Position numbers and translations under genes: made by a program. This document shows, piece after piece, positions 52,362 through 62,417 of a DNA stretch of 64,000 bases. The stretch lies in NCBI GenBank assembly GCA_963764165.1, contig CAVXRD010000002.1, positions 128,001 to 192,000 on the forward strand, written 5' to 3'. The number at the start of each line of letters is the position of its first letter. Position 1 is the stretch's first letter. This stretch comes from an uncultured Verrucomicrobiae bacterium (GTDB lineage Bacteria > Verrucomicrobiota > Verrucomicrobiia > Limisphaerales > Palsa-1400). The notes below the pieces were generated by a model. That model was not told the origin of the DNA and ran no database searches. It was given only the letters and a program-made list of their open reading frames with translations.

Positions 52362-54155
52362 CTACGGCAAATTAAAGGTCTTGCGCTGATTCTGATATTC
52401 CAGCGTCACTGCCGAAGGACTGATGTCTAACACACGGCAGCCGCCAACGACATCATTGATCGACGCCGTTTGGCCGCTGATGAGCGCGCTCGGATGTTTG
52501 GCGGAGTAAAAGATGGCCTGCACTTTGATTCGATCCAGCGCCGTTTTTTCCGGCGCTTTGACCGGCGCGGGTTTGGGAGTTTCGACCGGGACGACGGCTG
52601 CGGGAGCGGGCGCAGGTTGAGGAGCGGGTTCAGGGCCTTTCACCTCGGCAACTTTTGCGGGAGGGATATCCGCCGGAGCCGCGTGCCGCAATGCCGAGGG
52701 GATCTGCTCGGCCACTTCCTCCGATTTTGGCGTCGTCGCTTTCAACCGGGCGATCTCAAACCACGCAAAGCCCCCTGCCGCAGCGCAGACACCCATGCCG
52801 ATGGCGACCCAGCGCGAAACGGATTGCAAGACGCGCGCTTTTTCCGCCTCTTCCGGCGGGGCAAATTTATGGACGTTCCGAGCAGGGACAGGGGCCGGGG
52901 CGGCTTTTTTTGCAGTGGGGGCGGCCGTCGCCTTGGCATGCAGCATTCGAGTCTCAAACGCCAGCGATTCGGGATTGCGGTGACCTTCGCGCCACGCTTC
53001 CAGACGATCCTCCATCCCGATTTGCTGAAGGTAGGCCAGGTCAACCTCTGGGACCGGCAAATCGTCGGCGGTTAACGGAACACCTTCGTATTCAAGCGCG
53101 TTGGCTACATGAACCGCCGTCAGCGCCGTAAATCTGTCGTCGCTCGAACGGGCCGGATGATGATGATTGGCCGCAATTTGGGTCACGTCCGGAGAGATGC
53201 CCCAAAGTCCCAGCAGGTATGCCCCGATCTCCCCGTGACTTGCCCCGAAAATCTCCTTCTCCACCTCCCACAACGGCACGCGTTGTTTCCGGGCGATGGT
53301 GTGCGCACCGTGGTATTGATCGTCAAAATTGGCGGCGAGGATGACTTTGCCCAAATCGTGCATCAAGCCGGCGGTGTAGGCGTGGCCGCTGATTTGCGTG
53401 TCGCCCGTTTCCAACATGGCCAGCGCTTTTGCGGTTTGGGCGACATTGGTGCTATGCTTCCAGATGCTGTCGATGGAAAAGTAGACCGGCTTCACCTTGT
53501 CGTATTGGTTCAGCATTTTCACGGTCATGATAAGCGACTTGACCGTCTCAAATCCAAGGATGCCAACAGCTTCCGTCGGGTCCGTAATCGTCCGAGGCAG
53601 CCCGAAGTATGCCGAATTGAGCACCTGCACCAGTTTGGTTGTCATTGCCATGTCCTTGGCGATGATGTTCCCAATGTCTTCGGTGGTGGCGTTGGGATCA
53701 TTCAGGGCGCTGACCACGTCGAGATAAAGGGAGGGAATGGAGGGGAAGGTTCGAATGCGGCCAACCAGCTCGCGCATGCTCTGGCTCATCCCATAGCTCT
53801 CAGCCACAGAGCGTTCGATAACCGTCTTGGTTATCGCGCGGTTGTAAGGAATCGGCAGGAATTGGTGTCCGCCCAAAACATGGCAGACGACTTTTTCCCG
53901 CTGCGACTCGGCTGCGGCGATGAAACGCAGCGTTTTGGGATTGGCGATGCGAAGCTGGTTCAGCAACTCGGCGCCATCCAATTCCGGCAAATCATAAACG
54001 GCGACGATGGCATCGAACGGGCGCTTGTCGGCTTCCGCCAACGCCGCGCGGCCGTCGCCCACGCCGACCACGGTCCAAGATTCGCCGAGCGTTTGGCGAA
54101 ATTCTTCCCATGCGGCTTGGTTGGGATCGGCTATCAGTATTCGTTTGTCACCCAT
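52362..54155 (-). CDS. Pseudo-receiver-HDOD protein with TM helix and C-terminal GspB-like domain
   Basis: REC-like N-terminus; HDOD motifs (NSAYFG, AGLMHDLGK, HGEIGAYLLGLW); TM; Pro-rich linker; IFYSAKHPSALISG tail. Confidence 0.85.
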   Translation of the reverse strand: MGDKRILIADPNQAAWEEFRQTLGESWTVVGVGDGRAALAEADKRPFDAIVAVYDLPELDGAELLNQLRIANPKTLRFIAAAESQREKVVCHVLGGHQFLPIPYNRAITKTVIERSVAESYGMSQSMRELVGRIRTFPSIPSLYLDVVSALNDPNATTEDIGNIIAKDMAMTTKLVQVLNSAYFGLPRTITDPTEAVGILGFETVKSLIMTVKMLNQYDKVKPVYFSIDSIWKHSTNVAQTAKALAMLETGDTQISGHAYTAGLMHDLGKVILAANFDDQYHGAHTIARKQRVPLWEVEKEIFGASHGEIGAYLLGLWGISPDVTQIAANHHHPARSSDDRFTALTAVHVANALEYEGVPLTADDLPVPEVDLAYLQQIGMEDRLEAWREGHRNPESLAFETRMLHAKATAAPTAKKAAPAPVPARNVHKFAPPEEAEKARVLQSVSRWVAIGMGVCAAAGGFAWFEIARLKATTPKSEEVAEQIPSALRHAAPADIPPAKVAEVKGPEPAPQPAPAPAAVVPVETPKPAPVKAPEKTALDRIKVQAIFYSAKHPSALISGQTASINDVVGGCRVLDISPSAVTLEYQNQRKTFNLP

Positions 54156-54195
54156 TTGATCCTCTGAGCGCGATTCGTTTGCAGCATTACGAACT

Positions 54196-54223
54196 GTATC
54201 GGCGGAAATGTCCTGAAACTTTA
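54196..54223 (-). promoter_or_regulatory. Sigma28 (FliA)-type promoter
   Basis: Minus strand TAAAGTTT-N12-GCCGATAC. Confidence 0.6.
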
Positions 54224-54300
54224 AGATCCACTCAACGCTTGGCGCGCAGCTATTTCCGTCAAATCAGCGCCATCGCCATTTGCGGGCATCCATTTAGCGC

Positions 54301-55542
54301 TCACCCTGCCGGAATGTTGAATAACCGAATCCAGCGCTCGGCCGCATTTGGCAGGCCAATGCGGGTAAAATACTCGGCGCTCAGCCCCCGCGGAACGGCG
54401 GATGGCGCGTGGGAAATGACATTCGCCGCATGCACCGCGGAGAGCAGTGTAAAGGCCCGGTCTGGCGAACGTTCCGGTTCGTGATGCCATGCCACGGCTT
54501 CAAGAATCCCCAGCGGCAATCCCCACGACGCCAGCAAACACGCGCCAACCGCAGCATGGGTGGCCCCGAAAACTTCCATTTCCGCCGCCGCGTCGGAAAG
54601 ATGTTTCACGCTCCGCAGGGTGCGCGCCTCGCGATAACGATCCGGCAAGTTTCCCGCGAGAATGACTTTCCCCATATCGTGCAGCACGCCTGCGGTGAAA
54701 GCCGCCTCCGCCATCGCGGCGCTCTTGGTTTCCGCGAGCGCAATGGCCCGCGCGCAGACGCCCGCCTGGATGCTGTGTGTCATGAGGGCGTCCATTGAAG
54801 GAATGGCCTCCCCGCTTTCCTTGTATTGCGAGAAAACTCCGGCCAGGAGGATGAGCGATTTAATCCGTTCCGTCCCAAGAATCATGACGGCGTCCATCAT
54901 ATCGGTCACCTCCCGCGCGAGGCCGAAAAAGGCCGAGTTGACCAATTGCAGCATCTTGGCCGACATGACAGGATCCTGGCGGATAAGGTATGCCAGCATG
55001 TCAAGGGAACTGTCGGACGACCGCAATTCCTCGGTGACTTGCGTGTAAAGCCGCGGCATGGCGGGCAGCTTGTGAATGTGAGGAAGAATTTGTTTGACCG
55101 CCGGGTCAGCCATCCACTCGCGCAAGCGGACATTCCGCAATAGCGCGGAAGCCAGGGCGCTCGCGTCGATGGTGCTGGCGATGATGGGCAGCCCGCTTCC
55201 CTTCCACGCTTCCACTGCCGGTTTCGAGGCAAGATCACAACGAACGACACATGCGATATCCGGCCGTTCCTTGCGGATGGACTGAATCCATTCCCGCGCT
55301 CCCGCCACGCTGCCCTCGATGACGACCGCATCGGCGGAATTCCATTCCGGCTTCATAGGGCCGAGCCGCGCATCAGTGGCCAGCGCGCAACTCCAGGAGG
55401 GATAAAGGCATCCCATATCTCGCTTCACTTGCCCGAACCAAAGGGAATCGACGCCTAGGAAAAGAATTTGCGAAAGCGTCCCTGCCGTCTGGTTGCTTGC
55501 CGTTGTTTGCGAATCCATAGCCTTTTGACTTTTGGTTGACAT
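54301..55542 (-). CDS. HDOD domain protein with degenerate REC-like N-terminus
   Basis: LPAMP, DPVMSAKMLQLVNSAFFG, AGVLHDMGK and HAAVGACLLASWGLP; ATG 55542. Confidence 0.85.
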   Translation of the reverse strand: MSTKSQKAMDSQTTASNQTAGTLSQILFLGVDSLWFGQVKRDMGCLYPSWSCALATDARLGPMKPEWNSADAVVIEGSVAGAREWIQSIRKERPDIACVVRCDLASKPAVEAWKGSGLPIIASTIDASALASALLRNVRLREWMADPAVKQILPHIHKLPAMPRLYTQVTEELRSSDSSLDMLAYLIRQDPVMSAKMLQLVNSAFFGLAREVTDMMDAVMILGTERIKSLILLAGVFSQYKESGEAIPSMDALMTHSIQAGVCARAIALAETKSAAMAEAAFTAGVLHDMGKVILAGNLPDRYREARTLRSVKHLSDAAAEMEVFGATHAAVGACLLASWGLPLGILEAVAWHHEPERSPDRAFTLLSAVHAANVISHAPSAVPRGLSAEYFTRIGLPNAAERWIRLFNIPAG

Positions 55543-55684
55543 TAGGGCATCCAACTCTTTCTGGCAATCAAACGACTTCCAGAGGCTCGTTTCAAAATTT
55601 TGACAGGAGAATTCTGTCTCACACCCATCAAGAGAATCGCCGCCCAATTTTCCTTGCCGCAAAGCCTGTTCAGGCCGATAGTAT

Positions 55685-58600
55685 GTGACAACCGAACCGA
55701 AAGACGTGAATTTTTACGATCTGGAGGCAGCAGCCAGCCAACTCGCAACGTGCCCAAACGACTCGGATGCGCCCTCGCGAGTCGCCTCTTTCCGCGCATC
55801 CGAAAGCGGAGTGAGAGTTGTTCTCGCCTTGCTTAGGTTTTCCCGGCTGCTTCTGATTTTGTCGCTCTTCCTGCCGCTTTCCGGCAAGTGTGACACGACG
55901 AAGGTGGGGAGCGTGAAGGATTCATTCATTCTCTCCGTGTGGCAGAGTGATCGATCGGACCTGCCGGATTATGCCTTCACGACCGCCGCCCAGACGCCAG
56001 ACGGCTACCTGTGGTTCGGGAGTTTTCAAAATGTCTCGCGCTTCGACGGCAAGCAATTCACGATCTTCGACGCCTCCACCACGCACGACCTTCCGGGCGA
56101 CCTGGTGCGCGCACTCATCACCGACCCCAGCGGCGCGCTTTGGGCTGGGACGGACAAAGGCGTCGCGCGCTGGAAGGATGGCCAATGGAAATCCTACACG
56201 TCTGCCCAAGGGCTCCCGCCTGATGGCTTGGTTTGGTCTATTGCAACGGACTCGCGCTCGAATGTTTGGGCCTGCACGGGAACGCAGATTTACCAGCTTA
56301 AGGATGACAGGTTCGTCCTTATTCATGGTCCTGACCGTGGAGCGGACAATTCGCGCGTCAACTGCAAAGTTGGATCGGACGACACTCTTTGGATTTACAG
56401 CTACCATTATGTGGGCGCCCTCCGCAACGGCTCGTGGCAGCCGATTGTCTCTGGCAAAGACAATTATGTCAGTGGCGTCTGCGCCGGCGCCAACGGGGGA
56501 TTATGGGTCACGGACTACTCGCACGCGCGTCTGTGGAAAGATGGGAAATGGAGCCGTGAACTTCTCATTCCGGAGGCCTTTCGGGATAATTCTTTCGGCC
56601 CATTCGAGGACTCCCAGGGGAATCTTTGGCTGGGAGGATACGACAATGGCGTCGTGGTCTTCCTGACAGACGGGCGCGTGCTTGGCTGCACGACAGCGGA
56701 TGGTTTGGAAAATAATTCCACACTGACGATCTTTGAAGATTGGCAGGGCCAGATTTGGATTGGCTCCAATGGCGGAGGTTTGGCCAGGCTCCGGATTCGC
56801 AATGTCACCACATTCGATGTGAGCGAAGGGTTGACCCAATCCATCGTCGACACTATGGCCGAAGTTTTTCCGGGCCATTATCTGGTTGGCACGCATGGCG
56901 GGGGAGCGCTGCCGTTTGATGGCAGGAAATTTGGCCCCGCCATCATCGGGCCCGCCGCGCCCGACACGTCCACTGTAGGACAATTGTCGCAGCGCTCATG
57001 GGTGCATTCCCTGGTCAACGATTCGACGGGAGCAAGTTGGGCCGGCACATACGGCGATGGCTTGTTTCGCTATTCAAACAGTGTGGTGGAGCATTTCCCA
57101 TTGAAAGCGCCGGACTATGACATCATTTATGCCATGCTGGTTGATTCGAAGGATCGTCTCTGGCTCGGCACCGAGGCGGGATTGGTTTGCCGGGACAAGG
57201 GTCAATTAACTTACTACGGAACCAACTCGGGGTTGCCTTCACCTGTCAACGGAAAATTTCGTTCTCTGGCCGAAGATGGGCAAGGGAACATTTGGGTCGG
57301 CGGCCCTTACACGGAGCCATTGCGATTGGAGGGCGATCGTTTTGCCCCCGTTGCCGCACCCGTTTCCAACGGATGGCCCGTGTATGCCTTCTTCACCAGC
57401 CGTGACGGTTCGCTGTGGATTTCCACCAGCCAGCGCCGATTGCTGCGGCTGCTCACAGGTCATTGGACTGTTTATGCGGAGAAGGACGGCTACCCCAATG
57501 CGCTGGCCACCGCAATCCTGGAGGATGATTCGGGCAACATCTGGCTCGGCGCGGGCAACGGCATCATCCGCCTGTCACGCGCCACGCTGGACGCAATCGC
57601 CGCCGGCCAGAATACCCAATTGGAATGCGTGCTGTTCGACAAGGGGGATGGGATGAAAAGCGCGCTTTGCCATCGCGGCTTTCAACCAGCGGGCTTCAAG
57701 AGTTCCGATGGCCGGCTGTGGTTTGCGACCATGCATGGTTTGGACATGGTGGATCCCCGGCACGTCGTGGTGAAGAGCAGGCCGGCATTGACGTGGATTG
57801 AAAAAGCCGAATGCGACACCGGCACCATTCTCCCACTGCAACGAGGATCGCCGCCTCACTTCACCGTGCCGCCGGGCAGCAAGCGGCTGACCATTTATTA
57901 TGCGGGGATCGACCTGACCGCTTCGGAGGATCTGCAATACCAATATCGCCGGGACGGGTTGGACAAGGAGTGGGTCAATGCCGGCACCGAACACGTTGCC
58001 CGGTTGTTTGATCTTCGACCCGGCCATTACAGCTTCACCGTGCGCGCCAGCAACAAGCAAGGAACCTGGAGCCAGGCTCAAGCCACCGTGGCCTTCGACG
58101 TCCAACCCTTTGTGTGGCAGACGGCTTGGTTCCGCACGGTGGCGCTTTTGCTCCTGATGGCGGGGGTGGCGGCAACGGTGTGGGGAGTCGTCAGCGCACG
58201 CCACCGCCGGGATGCGCAAGAGCGAGCCCTGAAGGAAGAACGAGCCCAATCCGCCGCCCTTCTGAAAGCCAAGGAAGCGACGGAGCACGCCTTGCGGCGA
58301 TTCGAAGCCGTTCTTGAAAATGCCTCCTTTGTCGCCATTCAAGGGTGCGATTTGCATGGGACCATTGTCCACTGGAACGCCGCCAGCGAAGTGCTCTTTG
58401 GATATTCCCGCAAGGAGGCGCTCGGCGCGCGTCTCCAAGACTTGGTGCTCGCCAAGAAGCATGTCGCCGAATTCGAGAAACTTCTCGAGAAAGTCAGGCA
58501 AACCAGCCAGGCCTGCCCGCCCAGCGAATGGAGCGTCCGTGCGCGCTCAGGCGCGGAGCGCTTGGTTTATCTCTCCGCCTTCGCGATTCGGGGAGAGCGC

Positions 58601-59800
58601 AATGCCATCGAAATATTTTGCATGGAGGTGGACATTACGGAACGCAAGGAATTGGAGATAGAATTGCGGCAGGCGCAAAAAATGGAGGCCATCGGCCAAT
58701 TGGCCGGCGGCGTGGCGCACGATTTCAACAACATCCTGACTGTCATCCAAGGAAACGTCGGGCTTATGTTGGAAGATTACGCTGACGCACCAGCCGAAAT
58801 GATCGCCTCCCTTGAGGAAGTGGCGGGGGCGGCGAACCGCGCCGCCAATCTCATCCGGCAACTGCTCGCCTTCGGGCGGCGGCAACTGTTGAACACGGCC
58901 CCGCTGGAACTCAACCAAAGCGTGGACAGTCTTTCCAAGATGCTTCGGCGGGTTTTGGGTGAACACATTGCCTTGCAGGTCCAGTTCTCGCCGGATCGTC
59001 CCTGGATCATGGCCGATCCGAGCATGGTCGAGCAGATTATCTTGAATCTGGCCGTCAACGCCCGCGATGCCATGCCCAATGGCGGAACGCTTGCCGTCAG
59101 CACGGCGCTGATTCGGGTGGATCAAGAATACATTCGCCATCATCCCGAAGCGCGCGAGGGAGAGTTTGCCCGCCTTTCGGTCGCCGATACCGGCTGCGGC
59201 ATGGCGGAAAGCACATTGAATCGAATTTTCGAGCCGTTCTTCACCACCAAAGAAATGGGAAAAGGAACGGGACTGGGACTGGCCACGGTTTACGGCATCA
59301 CCAAGCAGCATCAGGGCTGGGTTGAAGTTCAAAGCAAGCCGGGGCAAGGGGCTGCCTTCAGCGTTTTCTTCCCGACTTGCCCGCCGGGAAAGACCGAGGC
59401 CAAGGCCGCCCCCGCCATTGTGCGCGGAGGCAGCGAAACCATTTTAGTGGTCGAGGACGAACCCGAGGTGCGGGGCTTGGTGAGGGATTGCTTGCGGCAT
59501 TATGGCTATCAGGTTTTGGAAGCCGGGCATGGGCCCGAGGCGCTCACCATTTGGAAGCAGCACCGCGAAGGCATCGATCTTGTGCTCACTGACATGGTGA
59601 TGCCCGGCGGCATGTCCGGCGGCGACCTGGCCAAGAAGCTGAAACAAGACCGGGGCGGACTGCGAGTCCTTTTCTCCAGCGGCTACAGCGACCAAATGGC
59701 AATCGAGGGCGTGCGTCTCGAAAAGGGCGACGGGTATCTTGCCAAACCCTACGACCCCGTCAAATTGGCCATCGCCGTTCGCGGTTGTTTGGATGGGTGA
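55685..59800 (+). CDS. Hybrid sensor histidine kinase (beta-propeller, Y_Y_Y, PAS, HisKA, HATPase, REC)
   Basis: QTPDGYLWFG and EDxxGNIW repeats, LRPGHYSFTVRA, TM, PAS, GGVAHDFNNIL, GTGLGL and ILVVEDE/DMVMP/KP. Start uncertain. Confidence 0.92.
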   Translation: MTTEPKDVNFYDLEAAASQLATCPNDSDAPSRVASFRASESGVRVVLALLRFSRLLLILSLFLPLSGKCDTTKVGSVKDSFILSVWQSDRSDLPDYAFTTAAQTPDGYLWFGSFQNVSRFDGKQFTIFDASTTHDLPGDLVRALITDPSGALWAGTDKGVARWKDGQWKSYTSAQGLPPDGLVWSIATDSRSNVWACTGTQIYQLKDDRFVLIHGPDRGADNSRVNCKVGSDDTLWIYSYHYVGALRNGSWQPIVSGKDNYVSGVCAGANGGLWVTDYSHARLWKDGKWSRELLIPEAFRDNSFGPFEDSQGNLWLGGYDNGVVVFLTDGRVLGCTTADGLENNSTLTIFEDWQGQIWIGSNGGGLARLRIRNVTTFDVSEGLTQSIVDTMAEVFPGHYLVGTHGGGALPFDGRKFGPAIIGPAAPDTSTVGQLSQRSWVHSLVNDSTGASWAGTYGDGLFRYSNSVVEHFPLKAPDYDIIYAMLVDSKDRLWLGTEAGLVCRDKGQLTYYGTNSGLPSPVNGKFRSLAEDGQGNIWVGGPYTEPLRLEGDRFAPVAAPVSNGWPVYAFFTSRDGSLWISTSQRRLLRLLTGHWTVYAEKDGYPNALATAILEDDSGNIWLGAGNGIIRLSRATLDAIAAGQNTQLECVLFDKGDGMKSALCHRGFQPAGFKSSDGRLWFATMHGLDMVDPRHVVVKSRPALTWIEKAECDTGTILPLQRGSPPHFTVPPGSKRLTIYYAGIDLTASEDLQYQYRRDGLDKEWVNAGTEHVARLFDLRPGHYSFTVRASNKQGTWSQAQATVAFDVQPFVWQTAWFRTVALLLLMAGVAATVWGVVSARHRRDAQERALKEERAQSAALLKAKEATEHALRRFEAVLENASFVAIQGCDLHGTIVHWNAASEVLFGYSRKEALGARLQDLVLAKKHVAEFEKLLEKVRQTSQACPPSEWSVRARSGAERLVYLSAFAIRGERNAIEIFCMEVDITERKELEIELRQAQKMEAIGQLAGGVAHDFNNILTVIQGNVGLMLEDYADAPAEMIASLEEVAGAANRAANLIRQLLAFGRRQLLNTAPLELNQSVDSLSKMLRRVLGEHIALQVQFSPDRPWIMADPSMVEQIILNLAVNARDAMPNGGTLAVSTALIRVDQEYIRHHPEAREGEFARLSVADTGCGMAESTLNRIFEPFFTTKEMGKGTGLGLATVYGITKQHQGWVEVQSKPGQGAAFSVFFPTCPPGKTEAKAAPAIVRGGSETILVVEDEPEVRGLVRDCLRHYGYQVLEAGHGPEALTIWKQHREGIDLVLTDMVMPGGMSGGDLAKKLKQDRGGLRVLFSSGYSDQMAIEGVRLEKGDGYLAKPYDPVKLAIAVRGCLDG

Positions 59801-59805
59801 TTAGA

Positions 59806-60339
59806 ATGAGCGAAGGCCAGCCATCGCAGCGGAGCCGCGAAGATTGGACGGCGTTGGTTTACGATGAATTGCGGGCGCTTGCCGCTCAAAAGCTCGCGCA
59901 TGAATCACCCGGACAAACGCTTCAGGCCACGGCGCTCGTGCATGAGGCGTGGCTGCGCCTCGGCGGCGACCAGCAGCCTGCCTGGGAAAACCGGGCTCAT
60001 TTTTTCACCGCCGCAGCCGAGGCGATGCGTCGAATTCTTATTGACCGCGCGCGCCGCCGCGGCGCTATTCGGCACGGAGGCGACGTTAAACGAGTCAATC
60101 TCGAAGACGTGGAGTTGGCTTCCGATGCGGATGGTGAACAATTGCTGGCCTTGAACGATGCGCTGGAACAATTGGCCGAACACGACTCCGTCAAAGCGGA
60201 ATTAGTCAAATTGCGGTTCTTTGGCGGCCTTACCATCGAAGAGGCCGCCCGCGTGCTGGGTTTTTCGGAACCGACCGCCAAACGGCACTGGGCCTACGCA
60301 CGAGCATGGCTTTACCGCCGCATTAAAAACCCGGATTAG
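59806..60339 (+). CDS. ECF sigma factor, planctomycete/verrucomicrobial type (TIGR02999-like)
   Basis: LVYDELR, PGQTLQATALVHEAWLRL, AMRRILID, LRFFGGLT and WAYARAWL. Confidence 0.92.
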   Translation: MSEGQPSQRSREDWTALVYDELRALAAQKLAHESPGQTLQATALVHEAWLRLGGDQQPAWENRAHFFTAAAEAMRRILIDRARRRGAIRHGGDVKRVNLEDVELASDADGEQLLALNDALEQLAEHDSVKAELVKLRFFGGLTIEEAARVLGFSEPTAKRHWAYARAWLYRRIKNPD

Positions 60340-60340
60340 C

Positions 60341-60483
60341 AGCGATGTTTGGCCGGGCGAGCCCGCCGACGAACCTGCCCGTCGAGCGCAACAGGGTGGC
60401 ATCCCAGAGGGGAAGCAGGCATTCATCGAGGGATGTGCCCGCCGCGCTCATCGGACGGGCTCATTGGCAGCATCGCCCTATCG
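60341..60483. repeat. Degenerate long palindromic (REP family B-like) element between convergent genes
   Basis: GGGCGAGCCCGCCGACGAACC ... GGCTCATTGGCAGCATCGCCCTA with internal GCCCGTC/GACGGGC and CATCCC/GGGATG stems. Confidence 0.5.
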
Positions 60484-60512
60484 AGATTAGCTCATAATCC
60501 TCGGGCCAGAAC

Positions 60513-60890
60513 TCAAGAATAGGAATTAATGGCCAGCTTTTGCTGGGCGGCGTAAGAGGACTGCACCCGGCGCAAATTGAAACGGGCTTGTTCGATGTGC
60601 CGCTTTCGCTCCTGCAATCGATGGCGGCGGGCGATCAGCATGTTGGCGTTTCGCGTCTGCATGGCTATCAGTTCGGAAATCTCGTTCGCAAACGGTTTGG
60701 AAGCAGCTTCAGCGGGATTCTCCGCGCGCCATTGTGCGACGTGGCGGCCAAGGCGGAGGCGCAATTCAGTTCGGGAATTTTGGACGGTGCGGAGGGCGGT
60801 CCAGTCGCCAAGGCGAATGGCGCGGTGTTCAGCCTGGGTCAGGCCGAGATATTCGCGGAGAGATTCGGCAATGTGCTGCCGATGGTTCAT
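60513..60890 (-). CDS. FlgN-like flagellar export chaperone
   Basis: 125-aa helical protein (EYLGLTQAEHRAI...QTRNANML) directly after fliS. Confidence 0.5.
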   Translation of the reverse strand: MNHRQHIAESLREYLGLTQAEHRAIRLGDWTALRTVQNSRTELRLRLGRHVAQWRAENPAEAASKPFANEISELIAMQTRNANMLIARRHRLQERKRHIEQARFNLRRVQSSYAAQQKLAINSYS

Positions 60891-60902
60891 GACGGAGCGA
60901 AG

Positions 60903-61337
60903 TTAAGCTGCCTCAGGTTGGTCGAGGAAATCGGCCGGGCGCGGTTCGCCGCCGTTGCGCAGCATTTGCGACCAGCTATCACGGATCGTGCGCAAACGCG
61001 CAATGACTTCGTCAATGGGCTCTTTTTGCTTCTTTCGGTTGGCCTCGCCGAGCCGGCGGTAAAAGTAATTATACAATTGGCGGAAATTTCCCGCCACTTC
61101 GCCGCCCGCGCGCATATTCAGAGCGGCGTTCAATTCGTGAATGATGGCCTGGGCGCGGACAAGATTATTGCTGATGGTCTGGTTGAAAAGGAGCGGGTCC
61201 TTGTGGTCGAAGCCGGTTTTCGCCTTTTCGAGGAAATTCAGCGCGCCATCATAGAGCATCAGGACAAGCTGGCCGGGCGTTGCCGTTTGCGTGGCAACTT
61301 TCCGGTAGGAGTCCCAGGGTTTGTTGCGGGAGATCAT
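60903..61337 (-). CDS. fliS: Flagellar export chaperone FliS
   Basis: YRKVATQTATPGQLVLMLYDGAL, AQAIIHEL...LNM..GGEVA.NF.QLY.Y and IRDSW. Confidence 0.93.
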   Translation of the reverse strand: MISRNKPWDSYRKVATQTATPGQLVLMLYDGALNFLEKAKTGFDHKDPLLFNQTISNNLVRAQAIIHELNAALNMRAGGEVAGNFRQLYNYFYRRLGEANRKKQKEPIDEVIARLRTIRDSWSQMLRNGGEPRPADFLDQPEAA

Positions 61338-61349
61338 AGGCGGTGCGTG

Positions 61350-61619
61350 TTACTGTCCGTCAGAAAGCATGGACGAAGCCAGTTGCCGCGACACCGCCGA
61401 AAGGGTGGCCGACGAGGGGTAATTAGGGTCTGCGATGAGGCTCTTGGCGCGCTCAACCATATCAGGCCGGCTGGCAGGAGTATTGTCGAGAGCGTGTTCC
61501 AAGGCCGACGAATTTGTTAAAGAGACTCGATCCGAAGCCATGTTAGGTGCGGGCGCGGAGCGCGGCGGGGTCGCCGGTCCATTAACGCCGTTAGTGCTCA
61601 GATTTGTATTGATTTCCAT
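61350..61619 (-). CDS. flgM: FlgM-like anti-sigma28 factor
   Basis: 89 aa; DRVSLT...P..RPDMVERAKSLI...NY pattern; sigma28 promoter upstream. Confidence 0.7.
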   Translation of the reverse strand: MEINTNLSTNGVNGPATPPRSAPAPNMASDRVSLTNSSALEHALDNTPASRPDMVERAKSLIADPNYPSSATLSAVSRQLASSMLSDGQ

Positions 61620-61677
61620 AAAATCAGCAGCCCCTAAACCTGTGAATTGTTATACATCATATCGACTGCCACCTGAC

Positions 61678-61704
61678 TTATCGGTTTGTGTCATCAAAAC
61701 TTTA
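61678..61704 (-). promoter_or_regulatory. Sigma28 (FliA)-type promoter
   Basis: Minus strand TAAAGTTT-N11-ACCGATAA. Confidence 0.75.
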
Positions 61705-61706
61705 GG

Positions 61707-62402
61707 TCATCTCGCCGGCATTGTGGTCAAAAGCGCATGCAGCGTATATTGGCCAAACCGGCTCGGCGAACTCAATATAGCATTCGGATCGGGAATTGGC
61801 GATTGGGTTACGATGTGGTCGGACTCGTAAGAACGGGCGGAATTGGCCACGCTTTCGTCGCCGGCATCGAATACTTCGTCCGCCATCCAATGAATGTCGC
61901 GATCCTTGTTGTAAACGAGAGTCATTTTCCAGCCAACCGCCACCGGCTGATACGGCTGGTAACGGGTCAATTGATTGAAGAACACGCCCTGGCATCCCGT
62001 TTCTTCGCGGATGCGATCAAAGAAATCCGGCGGCAATTGTTCGTCTGCCCGCCACACGCGCTGGCCGGTCCAATTTTGCAATTGTTCCGGCGTCACCAAT
62101 ATCAATTCAAAGCGCTTCGCCTTGGACATTTCGGCCCGCAAGAGAGGCTGCAGGGAATCCACGCCCGCCTGGAAAGTCTCGGTGCGCTGCAAGGTGGCCA
62201 TCGGCAGGACAGCCACGCGGCGGACATCGGGATCGAGCACGGGGGATTTGCTGTAAATATTGCTCGGGTGATAGTGCGCAAGCACAGGCATCTTGAGCGG
62301 CGGCGTATCGCAGCCCACGGAAAGGCAAAGAAGGGCGAGACTCGGCATCAGCCAAGCCATCGCACGCCAGCGCCTTCGAACTTGATCAAGCAGCAGTATC
62401 AT
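61707..62402 (-). CDS. Lipoprotein of unknown function (CsgG/TolB-N-like fold possible)
   Basis: Lipobox LSVGC; VRRVAVLPM; WMADEVFDAG. Start may be a later ATG. Confidence 0.75.
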   Translation of the reverse strand: MILLLDQVRRRWRAMAWLMPSLALLCLSVGCDTPPLKMPVLAHYHPSNIYSKSPVLDPDVRRVAVLPMATLQRTETFQAGVDSLQPLLRAEMSKAKRFELILVTPEQLQNWTGQRVWRADEQLPPDFFDRIREETGCQGVFFNQLTRYQPYQPVAVGWKMTLVYNKDRDIHWMADEVFDAGDESVANSARSYESDHIVTQSPIPDPNAILSSPSRFGQYTLHALLTTMPAR

Positions 62403-62417
62403 CAGATCGTTGAGAGA

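Noticed and set aside
55655..55681. Sigma28 promoter for the hybrid kinase (GCCGATAG)
   Set aside because: No TAAA-type -35 element at the proper spacing.
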